A stretch of 63,733 bases of DNA, filler included, from Octopus bimaculoides (GCF_001194135.2; 5 parts of 5 records of this genome joined end to end with filler, not necessarily neighbours in it), one strand, 5' to 3'; numbered from the whole stretch's first letter, positions 1-13,624 are shown. The notes: generated from the sequence alone by a model not told the origin. Made by a program: numbers and translations.

Positions 1-956
1 TATATATATATATATATGACAGTTAAAGCTAGCTAGTTATCTCTCACTCTCTATTCTCTGTCTGTCTGTCTGTCTGCCTCTTTGTGTCTCTATCTATACA
101 TACGTATTTATACACACACGTGTATATATATGTATACACACACACACACATGCATACATACATACATACATATGCATACATGCATGGATATATGCATACA
201 TGCAAATATATAAATATATACATAACATACGTATTTATGTATATACATATGCATGTATGTGAGTGTGTGTGTGGCCGTGCGCGCTGCTCTTTCTCTCTCT
301 TTCTCCCTCTCTCTCTCATCCTCTCTCTCTCTTCCTTGCTTATATCTATATATATGTCTACTCCTCACCCCAATGAACCCGCCCCCTCCCCAATCCCTCA
401 CTCAACATAACAGTAGTACGCCCACTCCATTAAATATCTCATTATAAGCAATAATGACGACAATAGCCCACCCCCACCACCCACACTTCCTGCTCCCTNN
501 NNNNNNNNNNNNNNNNNNNNNNNNNNNNNNNNNTTCCTCAACTAACTAAGCTTCTCCATCTCCCTCCCACCCCGCCGCCCCCTTGCACCCATCAATCCTG
601 TCCTCTCATAAGATGGCGGTCGTTCGTAAAAGGTTAACGAAGCCCTGACTCTCTCTCTCTCTCTCTCTCTCTCTTCACTACCTCTTCTCGTCATAATACA
701 CTTCCCCCTCCCACCTTCTCTGTCTTCCTCTCTCTCTCACTCACTCACTCTCTCTCTCTCTCTCTCTCATTCTGACTGCTTTTCTCTCTCCCATTTTCAC
801 TTCTTAATCTATCCATGCTCTCCTCCCCCCTTTCTCTCCTTCCTTTGTTTTATATTTTGTTAATATTCTCCTCCTCCTGTTTATTTTTTCTTCCCCCGTC
901 CTTCCTCCTCGTTTCCTCTCTCTCTCTCTCCCTCATTCTCTCTCTCACTCATTCTT

Positions 957-987
<31 letters not shown>

Positions 988-2009
988 TCTCTCATAGTCA
1001 CCAACTTTATGCATCTCTACGTCTGTATGGCAGTCATTATCCTTCTTTTTCTTTCTTTCTTTCACCATTTATTAACAAATCTCTCTCATTTTCAAATCCC
1101 GACTCTGTTTTTCTCTCTTTCTATCTCTCTCTTTCTCTCTCCTTTTCTCCCTCTCACTTTCTCACCACCTATTAAAGTGTCTCTCTCTCTCCCTTTCCCT
1201 CTTTTTTTTCTTATTCCAGTTCTTCCAATTCTCTCACTCCTACTCTGTCTCTCTGATCTCCCATAAACAATACTCCTTCCCTCTAGTCTTTCTCTCTCTC
1301 CCTGTTTATATTCTCTCAAGTCATCTCTCTCCCGGATCCTTCCTTCGAACCCAGCTCCTATCGTTTCTTTCTCGTTATGTTTTTAGTATTTTGGTTCCGC
1401 CGAGAACACAGTCCACTAGGCTGATCATTGTCTAAATTTTCAACATCTCTCTTCACTGTTGTCTGGAATCTGAGGGAAAAGTTAACCATCATCATCACCA
1501 CCACAACCACTGCTGCTGCTGTAAGCTGTGGTAATATGAAAGTGATTATAGCTTTATTAGTTGAGGAAGATAGAGTCGGGGTCTCAAATGTTCAATGGCT
1601 GAAGACACCAACTGTCACAACAAAGGCAAAAATAACGCCATCATCCTACAGCGACACACGGAAATCAACAACCACAGCAATAGCAGCAAGAAGAAGAACA
1701 ACAAGAAAGGCAACAGTAATAACAACAACAAAAATGACAGCAGTAAGAAGAAGAAGAATTAGAAGAATAAAATACTAAGTAGAAACATAGAGAAAAGGAA
1801 ATAGATAGAAAGTATAAAGATGGATAGATAGATAGATAGATAGATAGAGATAGAGATAGAGAGATAGAGAGATAGAGAGATAGAGAGATAGATAGATAGA
1901 GAGATAGATAGATAGAGAGATAGATTGACCGGCAGATATATGAATAGATTGACCGACAGATAAACTGGTAGATAGATAGGTGACGCGTTGTGCCCTTATG
2001 CAAGGCCCT

Positions 2010-2230
2010 TTAATTCATATTGCTCCAGTCCATTCAGCTGACAAAAAATGAGTCGGACTTGTATTTCAAAGGGGAGAATTTTGTCATGTTCTGTGTCATG
2101 CCGAATCTCCCTGAGGACTACGTTAAGGGTACGCATGTCCGTGGAGTACTCAGCCACTTGCCCTTTAATTTCGCCAGCAAGCTGTTCCGTTGATTGGATC
2201 GACTAGAAACCTCGTTGTAACAGACGGAGT
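2010..2230 (+). mobile_element. SINE family C body/3' part (tRNA-derived SINE)
   Basis: ttgctccagtccattcagctg...gtggagtactcagccacttg...gctgttccgtttgattggatc recurs at 36941-37145 (+) and 12535-12835 (-); boundaries approximate. Confidence 0.75.
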
Positions 2231-2238
2231 AACAGTAT

Positions 2239-2545
2239 ACAATGCTGACGAGGATTAATAAACCGAAACAAGCCAATAGTTGTTTCTCTTTTAAGCAAGC
2301 TCTAGATTTCTAGACTTTTTCAAAAATAACAGTAAAATACCATTTCGTTTTTGGATTTGGTTTGCAAGATTCTTTATGTGAGTTAGTGTGTTGAAGCATA
2401 TTCTGTTGTGTCTGGGGAGATTCATTCTCTTTTAGTACCTTATAATTTGACACACTCACCGGTACAATTTCCACTTATTTCTTTTTCATTTTTCTAAAAT
2501 TTTCATTGCGTCTTGCAACCTTTTCAATAGTTTTGATATTAATTC
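2239..2545 (+). mobile_element. Penelope-like/pLTR-type remnant starting with a degenerate hammerhead core
   Basis: CTGACGA-GG(attaataaa)CC-GAAA-CAA(gccaatag)TTG-TT at 2245-2284; stem I poorly paired; the element class and downstream extent are inferred. Confidence 0.4.
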
Positions 2546-3004
2546 TTCATTTCTTGAAAGTATCTGTCCCTGTCTTTGAGAGTCGCTAACAAAGGCCTGC
2601 AGGTCTTTTCTTTTTTTTTTCTTTTTTTATTACTTTCCATTTTCAACTAAGAATGAAACTTCAATTAACAAATAATTCTGTTTTGTTTGTCGTTCTGCCT
2701 TCCCTAATTACCTCGTAACATATTTATCGAAATTCATGCGACTAGCCTATACCCCTCAGCTCGTTTCATTTCTTTATTTATTCATTTATTTATTTATATA
2801 TTTTTTTTAATTATACAGTTAATTCATAATCACTCTAACTCCAGTAGAGACATAAAGAGTAAACAAACAAAAAAAAACAAACCAAACACCAAAAACATAT
2901 GAACACAAAATTAAGAGAAACCAGATTAACCCGGCACCCATTAAAGAAACATTTGCTAAGGGACATTTTTTCACTGGAGAATTAGCGTTTACTTGTTGCA
3001 GACA

Positions 3005-3310
3005 TTAGATTGCGGCCATGCTGGGGCAAAAGCGTTGAAGAATTTTTAGTTGAAAGAATCGACATCATTACTTATTTTCTATTTAAAGTCTAAGATCTAT
3101 GATATCGGTCTCCTTTGCCGAACCGCTAAGTTACAGGAATGCGAATGCACCAATAGTGGTTGTCAAACTGTGGTGGGAGATAAACACAGACACAAAGACA
3201 CACACACACACACACACACGTATATATGATGGGCTTCTTTCAGTTTCCGCCTGCCAAATCCACTCATAAGGCTTTCGTCGGCCCGAGGCTATAGTGGAAG
3301 ACATGTCGTT
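3005..3310 (-). mobile_element. SINE family A copy
   Basis: gccgaaccgctaagttac, gggcttctttcagtttccg, ggcccgaggctatagt motifs shared with >10 copies in the window. Confidence 0.85.
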
Positions 3311-3346
3311 GGGAAGCAAGATTCTTACCCCACAGCCACCCCTTCG

Positions 3347-3382
<36 letters not shown>

Positions 3383-3384
3383 GT

Positions 3385-3660
3385 ATGTTGACCATGGGAT
3401 TGCACCTAGAAAGTTACCCTCCCAGGCACAAGTCCGGGTAAGTTTGTTTATGGAAGACCAGCAGTTGCCATGCATACCTCTCTCCACACCACTGATGTTA
3501 TCCAAGGGAAAGGCAAAGGGGCCGATACAACTTGGCACCAGTGACGTCGAAACTCATTTCTACCGATGAGAGAACTGGAGCAATGTGAAATAAAGTGTCT
3601 TGCTCAAGAACACAACACGCAGCCCGGTCAGGGATTCGAACTTACAACCTCGCGATAAAG
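3385..3660 (-). mobile_element. tRNA-headed SINE (family C-related)
   Basis: aagtgtcttgctcaagaacac plus gggattcgaac (reverse B-box), as in 12760-12835. Confidence 0.65.
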
Positions 3661-3859
3661 TTGTGCGTTAATGTAACGTTTTTTGTGTGAGACCTGCACA
3701 CGTATTACGTACATATATTAACAGATATGCGCATACATGCGAAAAATGCTTGTCTATGCTGTTTCACACGCTCTCACACAAACATCATCTTCCCTCACAC
3801 ATACAAACTTACAAACATACACACACACATGCGTGCGTACAGGCGTAGGTACGTACAGA

Positions 3860-4400
3860 CGCATCTTCAGTTACGCATGCATACATTCATACATACATAT
3901 AAACATACATATTTAAATTCGTACATACGTTCATATACACATTTAGACGTAGATACATGCATTCGTACATACATACGTTCACACATACATACACACATAC
4001 ATACATACATACATACATACATACATGCATGCATGCATACATTCATGCAAACAATACATACATGCATACATACATATACACATACATACACATACATACA
4101 TAAATGCACACATGCATACATACATATACACATACATACATACACACATACATGTATACATACATGCATACATACATACACACATACATACATACATACG
4201 CACATACATGCATGCATACATGCATACATACATATACACATACATACATACATAAATACATACAGTCATACATACATTAATACATACATGCATACATACG
4301 TACATACATATTTGGACGTATATATGTATGTATATGCACATGTATACATATGTCCATACATACATACGTACACACACACACACACACATACTACGTACAT
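3860..4400. repeat. Compound (CATA)n/(CA)n microsatellite
   Basis: direct reading; source of the His/Thr/Tyr/Ile pseudo-ORFs. Confidence 0.95.
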
Positions 4401-4687
4401 ACGTACGGATGCTTCATCAATTTTCTAGTGAGACTCACAGATGTCTCTCTTTCGCACACACACACACATACACACACATATGTATACTCACATACACACA
4501 CATACTCACATATATACACACAAATACACAAATGCAGATTATTCATTACCTTCACCCCCACCTAGGCCTCACCAGCCACTTACCATTTAACCACCCACAC
4601 GCATACACACACAGACATATGCAAGACACACATACGCATACACATATAATCACGTATACTGATGCGATATCTTCGTACACACACACA

Positions 4688-4732
<45 letters not shown>

Positions 4733-4917
4733 CTTACAGCAGCTTCGAATAGCTTTATCTTGAAATCATTCTCCTCCCACCCCACTCCGCTGTCTCACTA
4801 TCTATGTATCTGTCTGTCTGTCTATCTATCTGTCTGTCTATCTATCTGTCTATCTATCTATCTATCTATCTATCCATCCATCCATCCGTCTGTCTGTCTG
4901 TCTGTCTGTCTGTTTCT

Positions 4918-4971
<54 letters not shown>

Positions 4972-6039
4972 GACAGTCTGCTTACGTCTCCCGTGTCACT
5001 CTTTCTCGTCAGTCCCCTCCTCCCCCTCTCCCTCTTCCTTTCGTCCACACTCGCAACCACACCCTCACTCATCCGTCACCCGTTCAGTACAGATATCGCC
5101 AGCACTGCCCACCTCTCGCCTCACCTTTCTCCCATCAGCTCTCACCTCGCCACTCCAACAAGTTCGATTTCCGCCATTTTGTGTGGCGTTCGTAATTAGA
5201 ACTGGGAAGTTTCATCAGTTGCCAGTATTTTTATCAATTTAGCCAAACCGTCCGTCCCACGGAACGCCATAATATAGATGGAGTAGAGAGGAAACGAGTA
5301 GAGCGGCGAAGTGGGTTGATGGCGATGGCGGTGGTGGCGGTGGTGGTTTTGGTGACGGTGGTGGCGGTGGTGGCGGTGGTGATGTTGCGAATGCAATGGC
5401 GGATGGAGCATGAGAGAAAAAGAACGTGGTGGCGTTGCGATCGATGGCGGCCGCGGTGATGGTGTAAAGGTATTGGAANNNNNNNNNNNNNNNNNNNNNN
5501 NNNNNNNNNNNNNNNNNNNNNNNNNNNNNNNNNNNNNNNNNNNNNNNNNNNNNNNNNNNNNNNNNNNNNNNNNNNNNNNNNNNNNNNNNNNNNNNNNNNN
5601 NATTTTAAACGATCTTCGACTTATCACCTCTGTCTTCTTTCTTGTACAGCAATTACGGAACCTCATCAGCTCGGCTTTTCCTTCTCTGTGGAATCATCTC
5701 CTCCCCCTCCCACCCTTTCCAACTCCTCCACCACCACTTCTCTCCTCCCCCTCTGCCGCCTCCGCCTCCTTTTCCTCGTCTTTATTTTCGTCATTGCCAG
5801 AGACTCGACGCCGCTTCCACGACATATTTTATCGCCTCCTCCTACTACCCCTCCACTTCTTTCTCCACCTCATCCATCACTTTTATTTATTCATTCATTC
5901 ATTTATTTTTTTATTGTTGTTGTTGTTGATGTTGTTGCTGCCTCCCGCCGTCACCCCACACCTCCCGCACCTCATCACAACCGAACGCCACGGTCTGTGT
6001 AAATTAGCTCGAAACTCACTCGTAGCAATCAACTGCTCA

Positions 6040-6385
6040 TCAGCACCGACCGCATCATCGTCATCATCATCATCATCGTCATCACCATCATCACCATCGA
6101 CACTATCACCTCCACTATTATGATGATCATAATCATCATTATCATCATCATCGTCATCACCGTTGTTATCGTGGTGGTGTTGATGATGATGATGATGACG
6201 ATGATCGGCACCGTCGTCGTTGTTGCCAACTCACCAAATCAGCGGTTTTTCGTCACACATGTCAATCCAGGCAATCACCATCATCACCAAAACCAAAAAA
6301 TCATAGCTATCATTGTCACATCAATGCCATCACCAACATCATCATCATCAGCATCATCATCATCGTCATCATCATCATAGTCATC
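6040..6385. repeat. (CAT)n/(GAT)n trinucleotide mosaic
   Basis: direct reading. Confidence 0.9.
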
Positions 6386-6989
6386 GGATACCAAAATTGA
6401 TAACAACACCAGCATAACCATCACGATGTAATAGAAGTAGTGGCACTCATTACTTAACCTAAGATGTTTTATGTTATATACATACAAATATATATATATA
6501 TANNNNNNNNNNNNNNNNNNNNNNNNNNNNNNNNNNNNNNNNNNNNNNNNNNNNNNNNNNNNNNNNNNNNNNNNNNNNNNNNNNNNNNNNNNNNNNNNNN
6601 NNNNNNNNNNNNNNNNNNNNNNNNNNNNNNNNNNNNNNNNNNNNNNNNNNNNNNNNNNNNNNNNNNNNNNNNNNNNNNNNNNNNNNNNNNNNNNNNNNNN
6701 NNNNNNNNNNNNNNNNNNNNNNNNNNNNNNNNNNNNNNNNNNNNNNNNNNNNNNNNNNNNNNNNNNNNNNNNNNNNNNNNNNNNNNNNNNNNNNNNNNNN
6801 NNNNNNNNNNNNNNNNNNNNNNNNNNNNNNNNNNNNNNNNNNNNNNNNNNNNNNNNNNNNNNNNNNNNNNNNNNNNNNNNNNNNNNNNNNNNNNNNNNNN
6901 NNNNNNNNNNNNNNNNNNNNNNNNNNNNNNNNNNNNNNNNNNNNNNNNNNNNNNNNNNNNNNNNNNNNNNNNNNNNNNNNNNNNNNNNN

Positions 6990-7335
6990 TATGGTAAGAA
7001 GCTTGCCTCTCAACCACATGGTCCTGGGTTCCTTTCCCACTGCATGGCACCTTGGGCAAGTGTCTTTTACTATAGCCTCGAGCCAACCAAAGCCTTGTGA
7101 CTGGATTTGGTAGACGGAAACTGAAAGAAGCCCGTTGGTGTGTTTGCGTCCCCGTAACTTAGCGGTTCGGCCAAAGACACCGATCGAAATAGTACTAGGC
7201 TTACAAAGAATAAGTCCTCGGGTCGATTTGTTCGACTACAAAACCCTTTAAGGCGGTGCTCCAGTATGGCCGCAGTGAAATGACTGAAACAAGTAAAAGA
7301 CTAAAACAAGTGAAAGAATAAAAGAATAAAAGAAT
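6990..7335 (+). mobile_element. SINE family A copy (5' end lost in gap)
   Basis: ggtaagaagcttgcctctcaaccacatggtcc...ggcggtgctccagtatggccgcag...gaaacaagtaaaaga. Confidence 0.9.
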
Positions 7336-7407
7336 ATATATAATAGAACCAGTATTGGAATATATAGAAAATTAAGTAGATACCACATTAGTCGTTAGTG
7401 ACATATA

Positions 7408-7882
7408 CCGTAAATCCTCGAGTATAATCCGCATTTTTTCCCCAAAATTTAAAGGTCAAAATCCCTAGTGCGTACTATATACGAGGTTAAAAATGAAGAA
7501 TATTTTCTAAACAATCTCTGAGTCTCTATTTGCTGTCCGGCAATGTTTATTCAAACGTATTTTGTGATGTCGAGCACGAAAATACCTTAAGCTAATACGT
7601 TAAGCTATATTTATTTATCACTGACGTCATTACTGCTATTTCTTTAGTTTCTGCAAAGTGCACAAAAAAAGTTACACGTTTGCATTATGTTATATATACA
7701 ATAATAATAAAGGACGTTACCGTATATACGTTTACAAACCAAGGATGTTATATAGACCTCCTTGACTCAAGTTAGAAGATGAGTGCGTATTATACACAAG
7801 GTTTAGGTTTTTCAGAGGTACAGCCCCCTAAAAATCCCCTGCGTATTATACTCAAGGGCGGACTATACTCGAGAATTTACGG
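7408..7882. mobile_element. Non-autonomous pogo/Tc2-type MITE (Tc1/mariner superfamily)
   Basis: 25-bp TIRs ccgtaaatcctcgagtataatccgc / gcggactatactcgagaatttacgg (2 mismatches); left flank TA; subterminal gcgtaytatayncrag repeats near 7470, 7786 and 7841. Confidence 0.85.
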
Positions 7883-7957
7883 TTTTCATTATCAATTAAA
7901 TAGCGATATACAAGTATAACAAAATATCGCGTTCTTAGTATCGATAAGAATATAACA

Positions 7958-7958
<1 letters not shown>

Positions 7959-7999
<41 letters not shown>

Positions 8000-8232
8000 T
8001 AGTTTTATTTTTATAACGTGCTTTCACTTCACTACCGAGCGCAGCTCTGTGCGCCTTGGGTATGTGCTGTGGTTTGCTGTGGTGCTCTTATGTTTACTGT
8101 ATTGAAAGTGTTTTGCGTAGAATGTGTGCAGTACCCAGTAGTGCAATTTTCTGTATGTTATATATATTTGTAAGTCCTGGTGTTTTTGTTATGTATTTGT
8201 CTGTATTATTATTATTATTATTATTATCATTA
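7959..8232 (-). mobile_element. 5'-truncated R4/Dong-type non-LTR retrotransposon 3' end inside a (TAA)n tract
   Basis: minus strand reads TDKYITKTPGLTNIYNIQKIALLGTAHILRKTLSIQ*, then a short 3'UTR; (TTA)n on both sides. Confidence 0.8.
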
Positions 8233-8488
8233 TTATTATTATTTTTATCGTCAGATTGAAATATGTTGCGTTTGAATTAAATATGGACATTGCTAAGTGT
8301 GAATTATGAAGATATTATCAGAATACCAGGATTTTCAGAATAGAATTTTAAAATTATCAAAAATATTCCTATTGTTACTCGGGATTTATAAGAAATGGGT
8401 GAATAGAAAAATACGCAACAGGAGGCGGTATATATATACAAAATCAACAAAATCGATAAACATCATATCCTTGTTACTAGTAATATAT

Positions 8489-8526
<38 letters not shown>

Positions 8527-8629
8527 GAGTGTGTGTGTGTGTGTGCGTATGTAAGTATATATAGATATGTTTTCATTCGTTTTCAAACAAAAAGACCATC
8601 AAAAAGTTACATAAACACAATGTTATCAT

Positions 8630-8646
8630 TTATCATTACTATTGCA

Positions 8647-8706
<60 letters not shown>

Positions 8707-8790
8707 GTTATTATTAATATTATTATTATTATTATTATTACTATTACTATTATTATTATTATTGCTGTTGTTGTTGTCGTTGTTGGTTTT
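8630..8790. repeat. (TTA)n then (TTG)n microsatellite
   Basis: direct reading. Confidence 0.95.
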
Positions 8791-9656
8791 GTTGTTATCA
8801 GGAAAGGTATATGAAAGAATTTCAATAGAATATCAACATTTTCAGGAGTGAAATATCGAGTATTTCAACGGAATGTAATAACTGCCAGGAATGGAACTGT
8901 AAAGAATAGCAAAAAAATTGTCGGGAATGACATATTGCATGGAATATTGGTAAGAATGAGAAAAAGAAATCGGTGAAAATCACGAAAATATAACATCATT
9001 ATCATTGTTATGAGAGACATATAACATATATACATATGTGTGTGTGTGTATATGTGTGCGTGTATATATATATATATATATNNNNNNNNNNNNNNNNNNN
9101 NNNNNNNNNNNNNNNNNNNNNNNNNNNNNNNNNNNNNNNNNNNNNNNNNNNNNNNNNNNNNNNNNNNNNNNNNNNNNNNNNNNNNNNNNNNNNNNNNNNN
9201 NNNNNNNNNNNNNNNNNNNNNNNNNNNNNNNNNNNNNNNNNNNNNNNNNNNNNNNNNNNNNNNNNNNNNNNNNNNNNNNNNNNNNNNNNNNNNNNNNNNN
9301 NNNNNNNNNNNNNNNNNNNNNNNNNNNNNNNNNNNNNNNNNNNNNNNNNNNNNNNNNNNNNNNNNNNNNNNNNNNNNNNNNNNNNNNNNNNNNNNNNNNN
9401 NNNNNNNNNNNNNNNNNNNNNNNNNNNNNNNNNNNNNNNNNNNNNNNNNNNNNNNNNNNNNNNNNNNNNNNNNNNNNNNNNNNNNNNNNNNNNNNNNNNN
9501 NNNNNNNNNNNNNNNNNNNNNNNNNNNNNNNNNNNNNNNNNNNNNNNNNNNNNNNNNNNNNNNNNNNNNNNNNNNNNNNNNNNNNNNNNNNNNNNNNNNN
9601 NNNNNNNNNNNNNNNNNNNNNNNNNNNNNNNNNNNNNNNNNNNNNNNNNNNNNNNN

Positions 9657-9713
<57 letters not shown>

Positions 9714-10044
9714 TGAAGAGAGAGTAAGAAATAGAAATATTAGTGGAAGCTGGATAGAATGATTTACATCAAGGGTGTGATCAAAATGTTATTATTATCA
9801 GGAGAGAAAGATATAAAACAGCAACACAGCATCGTTATTATCAACAATAAGAGCGAAATATAAATATCAGTATTTATTGTCAAAGTGAATTCAACGATAT
9901 CAAACTCCACGCAGTGAGAATATTTGAAGTACATCGCCTTATTTGTTCTTTGATGATCAAACATTGAACATAGCAAAGTGTCTTAAAATGCTTGTTATAG
10001 TAGTTGTTTGGCAGAGAAATTATATATTCTATGCTTTAATTTCT

Positions 10045-10210
10045 TTATTTCTCACAAGGGTCTAAACATAGAAGGGATAAACAAGGACAGACAAAGGGAT
10101 TAAATCGATTACGTCGACTCCAGTGCGTAACCGGTACTTATTTAATCGACCTCAAAAAGATGAAAGGCAAAGTCGCCCTCAACGGAGTTAGAACTCAGAA
10201 TGTAACGGTA
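10045..10210 (-). mobile_element. SINE family B (CORE-type) fragment
   Basis: ggtacttatttaatcgacc...gatgaaaggcaaagtcg...gaactcagaatgt. Confidence 0.8.
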
Positions 10211-10417
10211 GAAATGGAGAGAAATATTCAACTGTCTGATGTCATATAAGTCAGCGTCGAATCAAAGACCCCAAATAAGCGGCGGCAAAAAAGCCTTGCC
10301 TAAACGTCTCATACCCTACACCTACGAACCTTCAGATAATGTGACCAACCTGTTAATAATGAGTTTGAAGTTTCACGTGTTGAGCGATCATTTTTCTTTT
10401 AAGTTTTCATACTTATG

Positions 10418-10865
10418 GGCGCAAGCGTGGCTGTGTGGTAAGAAGCTTGCTTCTCAATTCATAGGTCCAGGTTCAGTCCCACGGCGTGACGCTTTGGGCA
10501 AACCAAGGACTCGGGCAGGCCAAAGCCTGGTCAGTGGATTTCGTAAGCGGAATTTAAAAGAAGCCCGTAGTATCTGTGTGTGTGTATGTATATGTAAGTA
10601 TGTATGTCTGCTTGCATGTATGTATGTATATATGTATGCATGTATGTATGTATGTGTGTGTTTATATGTTGTGTGTGCATGTTTGTCCCTCACTACCGGT
10701 TGACAAATGGATTTGGTGTGCTTATGTCCCCGTAACTTAGTGCTTCTACAAAAGAGACCGATAAAATAAGTACCAAAGTTTAATATAGTATGTACTGGGA
10801 TCGATTCTTCAAGGTGGTGCACCAGCATGGCCGCAATGAAAAACAGAAGCAAGTAAAAAGATAAC
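10418..10865 (+). mobile_element. Near full-length SINE family A copy with internal (TG/TATG)n
   Basis: tRNA-like head ggcgcaagcgtggctgtgtggtaagaagcttg...ggttcagtcc, then central microsatellite, then tail ...gcaagtaaaaagataa. Confidence 0.9.
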
Positions 10866-11317
10866 AGATTTACGGAGAAAGACATTGGTTACAAAGATCG
10901 TTTGACACCAACCCAGCTTCGGATTTGGTCCCACTGCCCAGCAATACGAAGGACTGTGTTCTACTGCTGCTTCGTAAGAACAACCCCATCACTTATTCCA
11001 GTCTGGTATTCATTTCATTAATCACTAGTTATCGATTATCTGTGACAATATTCCATATTTCTGCGTAAAGGGTCGCAGCATGACGCGCTGATTTACACCG
11101 AAGAGTCACTCACACTCTCACTCATACATACGCATATTTCCTCCATGGATCGTAGGGAGTTTACCAAGGCAGATTTTCTACGACCGGATGCTTTTACTGT
11201 CACCAAAACACAAATGATTTGTTTTACGAGACTGAAGAATATATGTAAATGGTCATGGCAATAGTATTATACATCATACAAAATAAGATTTTTCCCTCTG
11301 ATAAAATGACCGTCGTC

Positions 11318-11500
11318 GTAATTGCCATTTCCAGTGAAGGAGACTTGGATCTAGGTTAGAAACCGGTTCTTTCCCTATTGCCAGGAAATCTTGAAATAAG
11401 ACTGAACAATGACATACATACATACATACATACATACATACATACATACAAACATACCTACATACATATATACATACATACATGCACACATATACATGAG
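11318..11500 (+). repeat. Interspersed repeat 3' end with (CATA)n tail; second copy at 48575-48730
   Basis: ttccagtgaaggag..ttggatctaggttagaaaccggttcttt...aaatcttga..gacatacatac found twice. Confidence 0.8.
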
Positions 11501-12534
11501 AACGCACATTATCCATGTATAGAATCGTCGCATCGTTTAATATTGGGTGTTAACTATTTGAATTGGATTGAGCTTCATTCCAGGAAATATCATCTATTCC
11601 TCCTCTTCCTTGACCTTCGTGTCACTGCAATTAGACCAAATATGGTAAAAAGAATACAGAGAAAATCCTTCTGTTTTTCATGCTTCTATACGAAGATGAC
11701 TTTTGCGAATGCGAGGTAGCAAACGTTTGACCTCTTCGGCAGAAGCGGTCTGACACATATATAAACCTGTCAGTAAAATGCTGATTTCCTGAACAGTTTT
11801 ACTTGGGTTAATTGTGTCACTAATGGATTCAATTTGCCAAAATTCAATTCGGCCAATTTTGTTCTTTCAGTCTTTGAGAGAAAATAAACAACAGTTTCAT
11901 TATGTTGCTGCAACCTTGCTAAATTCTTAGTTATCACTTTCACCTTCAGCATCTCGAAGGTGAAGCTGACAATTGTGAAAGATTACTCCACTTCACATTG
12001 CCCAAACAGTTGCAAATATCTCCTCCTCCTCCTCCNNNNNNNNNNNNNNNNNNNNNNNNNNNNNNNNNNNNNNNNNNNNNNNNNNNNNNNNNNNNNNNNN
12101 NNNNNNNNNNNNNNNNNNNNNNNNNNNNNNNNNNNNNNNNNNNNNNNNNNNNNNNNNNNNNNNNNNNNNNNNNNNNNNNNNNNNNNNNNNNNNNNNNNNN
12201 NNNNNNNNNNNNNNNNNNNNNNNNNNNNNNNNNNNNNNNNNNNNNNNNNNNNNNNNNNNNNNNNNNNNNNNNNNNNNNNNNNNNNNCCGCCGCCGCCTCC
12301 TCATCCTCCTTAACGAACATATGTACAGGTTGATCCAACAAGAGAGTCACTGACGCGGTCGTTTGGCCGGTAAGAAATAGCAGCCAAGTCATTCTGAAAT
12401 CATTCATACACTACCATCACAAAGAAGGAAAACACCCGTATTAGATGAATCAGTGTGTAGCATGTCTTTTAATAAACATAAACGGAGTGTTCACGGTTGG
12501 AATGACTTTCAGGAAAGCTCTGGATTGGGGATCA

Positions 12535-12835
12535 ACATACTGGTACTCCACCGGTTACGACGACTAGGGTTCCAGTTGATCCGATCAACGGAACACCCTG
12601 CTCGTGAAATTAACGTGCAAGTGGCTGAGTACTCCACGGGCAAAAGTACTCTCAACGTAGTCCTCAGAGAGATTTAGCGTGACACAGAATGTGACAGTCT
12701 GTTGATTCACAAGTCCGTTTTTTCTTCCCCAGCTGAGTGGACTGGAGCAACGGGAAACAAAGTGTCTTTGCTCAAGAACACAAAGCGATGTCGGGAATCG
12801 AACCCATGACCCTACGATTGTGAGCCGAATGCCCT
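12535..12835 (-). mobile_element. SINE family C copy with tRNA-like head
   Basis: minus strand: gggttcgattccc (B-box), gtgttcttgagcaaagacactt, ttgctccagtccactcagctg. Confidence 0.85.
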
Positions 12836-13195
12836 GACCGCACATTTACCTTAACAACAACATCATCAACAACAAAACAAAATCGCAAAAACGATACATT
12901 GATAGTAATCGATCCACCGATGACGCATATTCTCTTATCTCAAAGTGAAGTGGGGTCTTTTTTTTTCGGAATTTTAGGATTTAGTGAAATCGGAGCAGCT
13001 GAATTATTTAACAGTTTTTCAGAATGAATATCTTTGGACAAAGTTGTCTTGGAGTAAAGATTTTTCCAACATAACATGATGAATGTTACTGCAATTTAGC
13101 CCCAGGAAACATCGACTCCAGCTGGCTATACGACACGATCTGTGTCCTTTTATTTTGTTGTTTTTTTTTGTGTTTGTCGTTCTGTTTTGGTGATT

Positions 13196-13238
<43 letters not shown>

Positions 13239-13624
13239 CGCACGCACACTCTTTCTCCACCCCTCTCTCTCTCTCTCTCTCTCTCTTTCTCACACACACA
13301 CATATATGATATTACATTGCTGGCGACTATTAGTTTCATGTTTTACCGATTTTCAAGAAATCAAAGTAATAAAATGAAACAATTCTTTCTCAATAGACAG
13401 TATAAATTACAAGAATCGTTGAATAAGCATGTTGACAATTTAGAACTCTTTGATGTATTCGAAACGTTGTCATACAAGGCTATTGGTCATTCGCTTGCAT
13501 ACGTTTTTGATATTACAGTTTCGAGTTTTAGGACTCATAGCAAAAGAGATCGATACACTTAAAAAAATAAGTACTTCGGTCAATCTGACTGTACATTTAT
13601 ACGCACGCATGCATACTCCCATAC

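Noticed and set aside
13023-13076. After tttttcAG: NEYLWTKLSWSKDFSNIT, resembling nAChR W.D..L.W....Y.NIT
   Set aside because: Followed immediately by two stop codons, with no donor and no W.PD motif in any frame; likely chance
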